DNA of 64,000 nucleotides from Eledone cirrhosa (taxonomy: Eukaryota). Shown here piece after piece: positions 1 through 10,819 of the stretch; position 1 is the first letter of the stretch, and each line of letters begins with the position of its first letter. Position numbers and translations under genes: made by a program. Location: positions 1,922,001-1,986,000 of the forward strand of contig CAXHJY010000096.1 of the NCBI GenBank assembly GCA_964016885.1, written 5' to 3'. Below the pieces are notes generated by a model, which was given only the letters and a program-made list of their open reading frames with translations, was not told the origin of the DNA and ran no database searches.

Positions 1-20
1 TTCCAAGGGGATATAATTTC

Positions 21-866
21 CAGCCGTCCAAGGGGAGATAATTTTCAGCCGTCCAAGGAGAGGTAATTTCTAGCCGTCCAAGGAGAGATAATTTCCAGCC
101 GTCCAAGGGGAGATAATTTCCAGCCGTCCAAGGGGAGATAATTTCCAGCCGTCCAAGGAGACATATTTTCCAGCCGTCCAAGGAGAGGTAATTCCTAGCC
201 GTCCAAGGGGAGATAAATTCCAGCCTCCAAGGGGAGATAATTTCCAGCCAGCCAAGGGGAGATCATTTGTAAAAAAAATCAGGGGGAGATAATTTGTAAA
301 AAAAATCAGGGGGAGATAATTTGTAAAAAAAAATCAGAGGGAGATAATTTGTAAAAAATAATCAGGGGGAGATAATTTGTAAAAAAAATCAAGGGGAGAT
401 AATTTCCAGCCGTCCAAGGGGAGATAATTTTCAGCCGTCCAAGGGGAGATAATTTTCAGCCGTCCAAGGAGAGGTAATTTCTAGCCGTCCAAGGAGAGAT
501 AATTTCCAGCCGTCCAAGGGGAGATAATTTCCAGCCGTCCAAGGGGAGATAATTTCCAGCCGTCCAAGGAGACATATTTTCCAGCCGTCCAAGGAGAGGT
601 AATTCCTAGCCGTCCAAGGGGAGATAAATTCCAGCCTCCAAGGGGAGATAATTTCCAGCCAGCCAAGGGGAGATCATTTGTAAAAAAAATCAGGGGGAGA
701 TAATTTGTAAAAAAAATCAGGGGGAGATAATTTGTAAAAAAAAATCAGAGGGAGATAATTTGTAAAAAATAATCAGGGGGAGATAATTTGTAAAAAAAAT
801 CAAGGGGAGATAATTTCCAGCCGTCCAAGGGGAGATAATTTTCAGCCGTCCAAGGGGAGATAATTT
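21..866 (+). repeat. 411-bp tandem higher-order duplication (two copies)
   Basis: Identical ORFs at 70..255 and 481..666 (offset 411). The rare variants gagatcatttgt, tcagaggg and aaaaataatc occur in both copies. Confidence 0.92.
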
Positions 867-889
867 CCCGCCAGCCAAGGGAAGATAAT

Positions 890-1174
890 ATTTAAAAAAA
901 TTAGGCGGAGATAATTTGTAAAAAAAATCAGGGGGAGATAATTTGTAAAAAAATCAGGGGGAGATAATTTGTAAAAAAAATCAGGGGGAGATAATTTGTA
1001 AAAAAAAATCAGGGGTAGATAATTTGTAAAAAAAAATCAGGGGGAGATAATTTGTAAAAAAAATCAGGGGGAGATAATTTGTAAAAAAAATCAGGGGGAG
1101 ATAATTTGTAAAAAAAAATCAGGGGTAGATAATTTGTAAAAAAAAATCAGGGGGAGATAATTTGTAAAAAAAAT
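890..1174 (+). repeat. Example long block of type B monomers (26-28 bp, TCAGGGGGAGATAATTTGTA7-9)
   Basis: About 10 consecutive units that differ mainly in A-run length and in ggggtag/ggcggag variants. Confidence 0.95.
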
Positions 1175-4100
1175 CAAGGGGAGATAATTTCCAGCCATCC
1201 AAGGGAAGATAATTTCCAGCCCTCCAAGGGGCTATAATTTCCAGCGTCCAAGGGGAGATAATTTCCAGCCAGCGAAGGGGAGATAATTTTTTTTTCAAAA
1301 TCATTGGGAGATTTGTAAAAAAAATCAGGGGGAGATAATTTGTAAAAAAAATCAAGGGGAGATAATTTCCAGCCGTCCAAGGGGAGGTAATATCTAGCCG
1401 TCCAAGGGGAGATAATTTCCAGCCGTCCAAGGGTAGATAATATCCAGCCGTCCAAGGACATATTTTCCAGCCGTCCAAGGAGAGGTAATTTCTAGCCGTC
1501 CAAGGGGAGATAAATTCCAGCCTCCAAGGGGAGATAATTTCCAGCCAGCCAAGGGGAGATAATTTGTAAAATAATCAGGGGGAGATAATTTGTAAAAAAA
1601 ATCAGGGGGAGATAATTTGTAAAAAAAAATCAGGGGGAGATAATTTGTAAAAAAAAATCAGGGGGAGATAATTTGTAAAAAAAATCAGGGGGAGATAATT
1701 TGTAAAAAAAATCAAGGGGAGATCATTTCCAGCCGTCCAAGGGAGATAATTTTCAGCCGTCCAAGGGGAGATAATTTCCCGCCAGCCAAGGGAAGATAAT
1801 ATTTAAAAAAATCAGGCGGAGATAATTTGTAAAAAAAATCAGGGGGAGATAATTTGTAAAAAAATCAGGGGGAGATAATTTGTAAAAGAAAAATCAGGGG
1901 GAGATAATTTGTAAAAAAAATCAGGGGGAGATAATTTGTAAAAAAAAATCAGGGGTAGATAATTTGTAAAAAAAAATCAGGGGGAGATAATTTGTAAAAA
2001 AAATCAGAGGGAGATAATTTGTAAAAAAAATGAAAGGGGAGATAATATCCAGCCGTCCAAGGGGAGATAATTTCCAGCCGTCCAAGGGGAGATAATTTCC
2101 AGCCGTCCAAGGGGAGATAATTTCCATCCTTCCAAGGGGATATAATTTCCAGCCGTCCAAGGGGAGATAATTTCCCGCCAGCCAAGGTAAGATAATTTTT
2201 AAAAAAATCAGGCGGAGATTGTAAAAAAAATCAGAGGGGAGATAATTTGTAAAAAAATCAGGGGGAGATAATTTGTAAAAAAAAATCAGGGGGAGATAAT
2301 TTGTAAAAAATAATCAGGGGGAGATAATTTGTAAAAAAAAATCAAGGGGAGATAATTTCCAGCCGTCCAAGGGGAGATAATTTCCCGCCAGCCAAGGGAA
2401 GATAATATTTAAAAAAATTAGGCGGAGATAATTTGTAAAAAAAATCAGGGGGAGATAATTTGTAAAAAAATCAGGGGGAGATAATTTGTAAAAAAAATCA
2501 GGGGGAGATAATTTGTAAAAAAAATCATGGGGAGATAATTTGTAAAAAAAAATCAGGGGTAGATAATTTGTAAAAAAAAATCAGGGGGAGATAATTTGTA
2601 AAAAAAAATCAGGGGGAGATAATTTGTAAAAAAAATCAAGGGGAGATAATTTCCAGCCGTCCAAGGGGAGATAATTTTCAGCCGTCCAAGAAGAGGTAAT
2701 TTCTAGCCGTCCAAGGGGAGATAATTTCCAGCCGTCCAAGGGGAGGTAATTTCCAGCCGTCCAAGGGGAGATAATTTTAAAAAAAAAATCAGGCGGAGAT
2801 AATTTGTAAAAAAAATCAGGGGGAGATAATTTGTAAAAAAAATCAGGGGGAGATAATTTGTAAAAAAAAATCAGGGGGAGATAATTTGTAAAAAAAATCA
2901 AGGAGAGATAATTTCCAGCCGTCCAAGGGAAGATAATTTCCAGCCGTCCAAGGAGACATATTTTCCAGCCGTCCAAGGCGAGGTAATTTCTAGCCGTCCA
3001 AGGGGAGATAAATTCCAGCCTCCAAGGGGAGATAATTTCCAGCCAGCCAAGGGGAGATAATTTGTAAAAAAATCAGGGGGAGATAATTTGTAAAAAATAT
3101 CAGGGAGATAATTTGTAAAAAAAAAATCAGGGGGAGATAATTTGTAAAAAAAATCAGGGGGAGATAATTTGTAAAAAAAAATCAGGGGGAGATAATTTGT
3201 AAAGAAAATCAAGGGGAGATAATTTCCAGCCGTCCAAGGGGAGATAATTTTCAGCCGTCCAAGGAGAGGTAATTTCTAGCCGTCCGAGGAGAGATAATTT
3301 CCAGCCGTCCAAGGGGAGATAATTTCCAGCCGTCCAAGGGGAGATAATTTCCAGCCGTCCAAGGAGACATATTTTCCAGCCGTCCAAGGAGAGGTAATTT
3401 CTAGCCGTCCAAGGGGAGATAAATTCCAGCCTCCAAGGGGAGATAATTTCCAGCCAGCCAAGGGGAAATAATTTGTAAAAAAATCAGGGGGAGATAATTT
3501 GCAAAAAAAATCAGGGGGAGATAATTTGTAAAAAAAATCAGGGGGAGATAATTTGTAAAAAATAATCAGGGGGAGATAATTTCCAGCCGTCCAAGGGGAG
3601 ATAATTTAAAAAAAAATCAGGCGGAGATAATTTGTAAAAAAAAATCAGGGGGAGATAATTTGTAAAAAAAAATCAGGGGGAGATAATTTGTAAAAAAAAT
3701 CAAGGGGAGATAATTTCCAGCCGTCCAAGGGGAGATAATTTTCAGCCGTCCAAGGGGAGATAATTTCCCGCCAGCCAAGGGAAGATAATATTTAAAAAAA
3801 TCAGGGGGAGATAATTTGTAAAAAAAATCAGGGGGAGATAATTTGTAAAAAAAAATCAGGGGGAGATAATTTGTAAAAAAAAATCAGGGTGAGATAATTT
3901 GCAAAAAAAATCAGGGGGAGATAATTTGTAAAAAAAAATCAGGGGTAGATAATTTGTAAAAAAAAATCAGGGGGAGATAATTTGTAAAAAAAAATCAGGG
4001 GGAGATAATTTGTAAAAAAAATCAAGGGGAGATAATTTCCAGCCGTCCAAGGAGAGATAATTTAAAAAAAAATCAGGCGGAGATAATTTGTAAAAAAAAA

Positions 4101-4695
4101 TCAGGGGGAGATAATTTGTAAAAAAAATCAGGGGGAGATAATTTGTAAAAAAAAATCAGGGGTAGATAATTTGTAAAAAAAAATCAGGGGGAGATAATTT
4201 GTAAAAAAAAATCAGGAGGAGATAATTTGTAAAAAAAATCAAGGGGAGATAATTTCCAGCCGTCCAAGGAGAGATAATTTTAAAAAAAATCAGGCGGAGA
4301 TAATTTGTAAAAAAAAATCAGGGGGAGATAATTTGTAAAAAAAAATCAGGGGGAGATAATTTGTAAAAAAAATCAAGGGGAGATAATTTCCAGCCGTCCA
4401 AGGGGAGATAATTTTCAGCCGTCCAAGGGGAGATAATTTCCCGCCAGCCAAGGGAAGATAATATTCAAAAAAATCAGGCGGAGATAATTTGTAAAAAAAA
4501 TCAGGGGGAGATAATTTGTAAAAAAATCAGGGGGAGATAATTTGTAAAAAAAAAAATCAGGGGGAGATAATTTGTAAAAAAAATCAGGGGGAGATAATTT
4601 GTAAAAAAAAATCAGGGGTAGATAATTTGTAAAAAAAAATCAGGGGGAGATAATTTGTAAAAAAAAATCAGGGGGAGATAATTTGTAAAAAAAAT

Positions 4696-5086
4696 GAAAG
4701 GGGAGATAATATCCAGCCGTCCAAGGGGAGATAATTTCCAGCCGTCCAAGGGGAGATAATTTCCAGCCGTCCAAGGGGAGATAATTTCCATCCTTCCAAG
4801 GGGATATAATTTCCAGCCGTCCAAGGGGAGATAATTTCCATCCTTCCAAGGGGATATAATTTCCAGCCGTCCAAGGGGAGATAATTTTCAGCCGTCCAAG
4901 GAGAGGTAATTTCTAGCCGTCCAAGGAGAGATAATTTCCAGCCGTCCAAGGGGAGATAATTTCCAGCCGTCCAAGGGGAGATAATTTCCAGCCGTCCAAG
5001 GAGACATATTTTCCAGCCGTCCAAGGAGAGGTAATTCCTAGCCGTCCAAGGGGAGATAAATTCCAGCCTCCAAGGGGAGATAATTT
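4696..5086 (+). repeat. Example long block of type A monomers (25 bp, CCAAGGGGAGATAATTTCCAGCCGT)
   Basis: About 15 consecutive 24-25-bp units, including the variants ccatccttcc/ggggatat (twice), ggagaggtaatttctag, ggagacatattt and ccagcctcc. Confidence 0.95.
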
Positions 5087-8000
5087 GTAAAAAAAATCAG
5101 GGGGAGATAATTTGTAAAAAAAATCAGGGGGAGATAATTTGTAAAAAAAATCAGGGGGAGATAATTTGTAAAAAAAAATCAGGGGTAGATAATTTGTAAA
5201 AAATAATCAGGGGGAGATAATTTGTAAAAAAAATCAAGGGGAGATAATTTCCAGCCGTCCAAGGGGAGATAATTTTCAGCCGTCCAAGGGGAGATAATTT
5301 CCCGCCAGCCAAGGGAAGATAATATTTAAAAAAATTAGGCGGAGATAATTTGTAAAAAAAATCAGGGGGAGATAATTTGTAAAAAAATCAGGGGGAGATA
5401 ATTTGTAAAAAAAATCAGGGGGAGATAATTTGTAAAAAAAATCAGGGGGAGATAATTTGTAAAAAAAAATCAGGGGGAGATAATTTGTAAAAAAAATCAA
5501 GGGGAGATAATTTCCAGCCGTCCAAGGGAAGATAATTTCCAGCCCTCCAAGGGGCTATAATTTCCAGCGTCCAAGGGGAGATAATTTCCAGCCAGCGAAG
5601 GGGAGATAATTTTTTTAAAAAAATCATTGGGAGATTTGTAAAAAAAATCAGGGGGAGATAATTTGTAAAAAAAATCAAGGGGAGATAATTTCCAGCCGTC
5701 CAAGGGGAGGTAATATCTAGCCGTCCAAGGGGAGATAATTTCCAGCCGTCCAAGGGGAGATAATTTCCAGCCGTCCAAGGGTAGATAATATCCAGCCGTC
5801 CAAGGACATATTTTCCAGCCGTCCAAGGAGAGGTAATTTCTAGCCGTCCAAGGGGAGATAAATTCCAGCCTCCAAGGTGAGATAATTTCCAGCCAGCCAA
5901 GGGGAGATAATTTGTAAAAAAATCAGGGGGAGATAATTTGTAAAAAAAATCAGGGGGAGATAATTTGTAAAAAAAAATCAGGGGGAGATAATTTGTAAAA
6001 AAAAATCAGGGGGAGATAATTTGTAAAAAAAAATCAGGGGGAGATAATTTGTAAAAAAATCAAGGGGAGATAATTTCCAGCCGTCCAAGGGGAGATAATT
6101 TTCAGCCGTCCAAGGGGAGATAATTTCCCGCCAGCCAAGGGAAGATAATATTTGAAAAAATCAGGCGGAGATAATTTGTAAAAAAAATCAGGGGGAGATA
6201 ATTTGTAAAAAAATCAGGGGGAGATAATTTGTAAAAAAAAAATCATGGGGAGATAATTTGTAAAAAAAATCAGGGGGAGATAATTTGTAAAAAAAAATCA
6301 GGGGTAGATAAATTGTAAAAAAAAATCAGGGGGAGATAATTTGTAAAAAAAATCAGGGGGAGATAATTTGTAAAAAAAATGAAAGGGGAGATAATATCCA
6401 GCCGTCCAAGGGGAGATAATTTCCAGCCGTCCAAGGGGAGATAATTTCCAGCCGTCCAAGGGGAGATAATTTCCATCCTTCCAAGGGGATATAATTTCCA
6501 GCCGTCCAAGGGGAGATAATTTCCCGCCAGCCAAGGGAAGATAATTTTTAAAAAAATCAGGCGGAGATTGTAAAAAAAATCAGGGGGGAGATAATTTGTA
6601 AAAAAATCAGGGGGAGATAATTTGTAAAAAAAAATCAGGGGGAGATAATTTGTAAAAAATAATCAGGGGGAGATAATTTGTAAAAAAAAATCAAGGGGAG
6701 ATAATTTCCAGCCGTCCAAGGGGAGGTAATATCTAGCCGTCCAAGGGGAGATAATTTCCAGCCGTCCAACGGGAGATAATTTCCAGCCGTTCAAGGGGAG
6801 GTAATTTCCAGCCGTCCAAGGGGAGATAAATTAAAAAAAAAATCAGGCGGAGATAATTTGTAAAAAAAATCAAGGGGAGATAATTTGCAGCCGTCCAATG
6901 GGAGATAATTTTCAGTCGTCCAAGGAGAGGTAATTTCTAGCCGTCCAAGGGGAGATAATTTCCAGCCGTCCAAGGGGAGATAATTTCCAGCCGTCCAAGG
7001 GGAGATAATTTTTTTTTAAAAATCAGGCGGAGATAATTTGTAAAAAAAATCAGGGGGAGATAATTTGTAAACAAAATCAGGGGGAGATAATTTGTAAAAA
7101 AAAATCAGGGGGAGATAATTTGTAAAAAAAATTAGGCGTAGATAATTTGTAAAAAAAAATCAGGGGGAGATAATTTGTAAAAAAAAATCAGGGGGAGATA
7201 ATTTGTTTAAAAAATCAAGGGGAGATAATTTGCAGCCGTCCAAGGGGAGATAATTTTCAGCCGTCCAAGGAGAGGTAATTTCTAGCCGTTCAAGGGGAGA
7301 TAATTTCCAGCCGTCCAAGGGGAGATAATTTCCAGCCGTCCAAGGGGAGATAATTTTTTTTAAAAAATCAGGCGGAGATAATTTGTAAAAAAAAATCAGG
7401 GGGAGATAATTCGTAAAAAAAAATCAGGGGGAGATAATTTGTAAAAAAAAATCAGGGGGAGATAATTTGTAAAAAAAATCAAGGGGAGATAATTTCCAGC
7501 CGTCCAAGGGGAGGTAATATCTAGCCGTCCAAGGGGAGATAATTTCCAGCCGTCCAAGGGGAGATAATTTCCAGCCGTCCAAGGGGAGATAATTTCCAGC
7601 CGTCCAAGGAGACATATTTTCCAGCCGTCCAAGGCGAGGTAATTTCTAGCCGTCCAAGGGGAGATAAATTCCAGCCTCCAAGGGGAGATAATTTCCAGCC
7701 AGCCAAGGGGAGATAATTTGTAAAAAAATCAGGGGGAGATAATTTGTAAAAAATATCAGGGAGATAATTTGTAAAAAAAAATCAGGGGGAGATAATTTGT
7801 AAAAAAAATCAGGGGGAGATAATTTGTAAAAAAAAATCAGGGGGAGATAATTTGTAAAAAAAATCAAGGGGAGATAATTTCCAGCCGTCCAAGGGGAGAT
7901 AATTTTCAGCCGTCCAAGGAGAGGTAATTTCTAGCCGTCCGAGGAGAGATAATTTCCAGCCGTCCAAGGGGAGATAATTTCCAGCCGTCCAAGGGGAGAT

Positions 8001-8769
8001 AATTTCCAGCCGTCCAAGGAGACATATTTTCCAGCCGTCCAAGGAGAGGTAATTTCTAGCCGTCCAAGGGGAGATAAATTCCAGCCTCCAAGGGGAGATA
8101 ATTTCCAGCCAGCCAAGGGGAGATAATTTGTAAAAAAATCAGGGGGAGATAATTTGCAAAAAAAATCAGGGGGAGATAATTTGTAAAAAAATCAGGGGGA
8201 GATAATTTGTAAAAAATAATCAGGGGGAGATAATTTCCAGCCGTCGAAGGGGAGATAATTTAAAAAAAAATCAGGCGGAGATAATTTGTAAAAAAAAATC
8301 AGGGGGAGATAATTTGTAAAAAAAAATCAGGGGGAGATAATTTGTAAAATAAATCAAGGGGAGATAATTTCCAGCCGTCCAAGGGGAGATAATTTTCAGC
8401 CGTCCAAGGGGAGATAATTTCCCGCCAGCCAAGGGAAGATAATATTTAAAAAAATCAGGCGGAGATAATTTGTAAAAAAAATCAGGGGGAGATAATTTGT
8501 AAAAAAATCAGGGGGAGATAATTTGTAAAAAAAAATCAGGGGGCGATAATTTGTAAAAAAAATCAGGGGGAGATAATTTGTAAAAAAAAATCAGGGGGAG
8601 ATAATTTGTAAAAAAAAATCAGGGGGAGATAATTTGTAAAAAAAATGAAAGGGGAGATAATATCCAGCCGTCCAAGGGGAGATAATTTCCAGCCGTCCAA
8701 GGGGAGATAATTTCCATCCTTCCAAGGGGATATAATTTCCAGCCGTCCAAGGGGAGATAATTTCCATCC

Positions 8770-9512
8770 TTCCAAGGGGATATAATTTCCAGCCGTCCAA
8801 GGGGAGATAATTTTCAGCCGTCCAAGGAGAGGTAATTTCTAGCCGTCCAAGGAGAGATAATTTCCAGCCGTCCAAGGGGAGATAATTTCCAGCCGTCCAA
8901 GGGGAGATAATTTCCAGCCGTCCAAGGAGACATATTTTCCAGCCGTCCAAGGAGAGGTAATTCCTAGCCGTCCAAGGGGAGATAAATTCCAGCCTCCAAG
9001 GGGAGATAATTTCCAGCCAGCCAAGGGGAGATCATTTGTAAAAAAAATCAGGGGGAGATAATTTGTAAAAAAAATCAGGGGGAGATAATTTGTAAAAAAA
9101 AATCAGAGGGAGATAATTTGTAAAAAATAATCAGGGGGAGATAATTTGTAAAAAAAATCAAGGGGAGATAATTTCCAGCCGTCCAAGGGGAGATAATTTT
9201 CAGCCGTCCAAGGGGAGATAATTTTCAGCCGTCCAAGGAGAGGTAATTTCTAGCCGTCCAAGGAGAGATAATTTCCAGCCGTCCAAGGGGAGATAATTTC
9301 CAGCCGTCCAAGGGGAGATAATTTCCAGCCGTCCAAGGAGACATATTTTCCAGCCGTCCAAGGAGAGGTAATTCCTAGCCGTCCAAGGGGAGATAAATTC
9401 CAGCCTCCAAGGGGAGATAATTTCCAGCCAGCCAAGGGGAGATCATTTGTAAAAAAAATCAGGGGGAGATAATTTGTAAAAAAAATCAGGGGGAGATAAT
9501 TTGTAAAAAAAA
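8770..9512 (+). repeat. Copy of positions ~1-743 (offset 8,769), including the 411-bp doublet
   Basis: ORF 70..255 matches 8839..9024, and 481 corresponds to 9250. The rare gatcatttgt variant was seen only near 261, 672, 9030 and 9441. Confidence 0.88.
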
Positions 9513-10819
9513 TCAAGGGGAGATAATTTCCAGCCGTCCAAGGGGAGATAATTTTCAGCTGTCCAAGGAGAGGTAATTTCTAGCCGTCCAAGGGGAGATA
9601 ATTTCCAGCCGTCCAAGGGGAGGTAATTTCCAGCCGTCCAAGGGGAGATAATTTTAAAAAAAAAATCAGGCGGAGATAATTTGTAAAAAAAATCAAGGGG
9701 AGATAATTTGCAGCCGTCCAAGGGGAGATAATTTTCAGTCGTCCAAGGAGAGGTAATTTCTAGCCGTCCAAGGGGAGATAATTGCCAGCCGTCCAAGGGG
9801 AGATAATTTCCAGCCGTCCAAGGGGAGATAATTTTTTTTAAAAAATCAGGCGGAGATAATTTGTAAAAAAAATCAGGGGGAGATAATTTGTAAACAAAAT
9901 CAGGGGGAGATAATTTGTAAAAAAAAATCAGGGGGAGATAATTTGTAAAAAAAATCATGGAGAGATAATTTCCAGCCGTCCAAGGTGAGATAATTTCCAG
10001 CCGTCCAAGGAGACATATTTTCCAGCCGTCCAAGGCGAGGTAATTTCTAGCCGTCCAAGGGGCGATAAATTCCAGCCTCCAAGGGGAGATAATTTCCAGC
10101 CAGCCAAGTGGAGATAATTTGTAAAAAAATCAGGGGGAGATAATTTGTAAAAAATATCAGGAAGATAATTTGTAAAAAAAAATCAGGGGGAGATAATTTG
10201 TAAAAAAAATCAGGGGGAGATAATTTGTAAAAAAAAATCAGGGGGAGATAATTTGTAAAAAAAATCAAGGGGAGATAATTTCCAGCCGTCCAAGGGGAGA
10301 TAATTTTCAGCCGTCCAAGGGGAGATAATTTCCCGCCAGCCATGGGAAGATAATATTTAAAAAAATCAGGCGGAGATAATTTGTAAAAAAAATCAGGGGG
10401 AGATAATTTGTAAAAAAAATCAAGGGGAGATAATTACCAGCCGTCCAAGGGGAGGTAATATCTAGCCGTCCAAGGGGTGATAATTTCCAGCCGTCCAAGG
10501 GGAGATAATTTCCAGCCGTCCAAGGGTAGATAATATCCAGCCGTCCAAGGACATATTTTCCAGCCGTCCAAGGAGAGGTAATTTCTAGCCGTCCAAGGGG
10601 AGATAAATTCCAGCCTCCAAGGTGAGATAATTTCCAGCCAGCCAAGGGGAGATAATTTGTAAAAAAAAATCAGGGGGAGATAATTTGTAAAAAAAATCAA
10701 GGGGAGATAATTTCCAGCCGTCCAAGGGGAGATAATTTTCAGCCGTCCAAGGGGAGATAATTTCCCGCCAGCCAAGGGAAGATAATATTTAAAAAAATCA
10801 GGCGGAGATAATTTGTAAA

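Noticed and set aside
890-1174. Canonical G-quadruplex array from G4/G5 runs
   Set aside because: The G-runs are separated by about 21-23-nt loops, far beyond the usual short loops, so stable intramolecular G4 is not supported.
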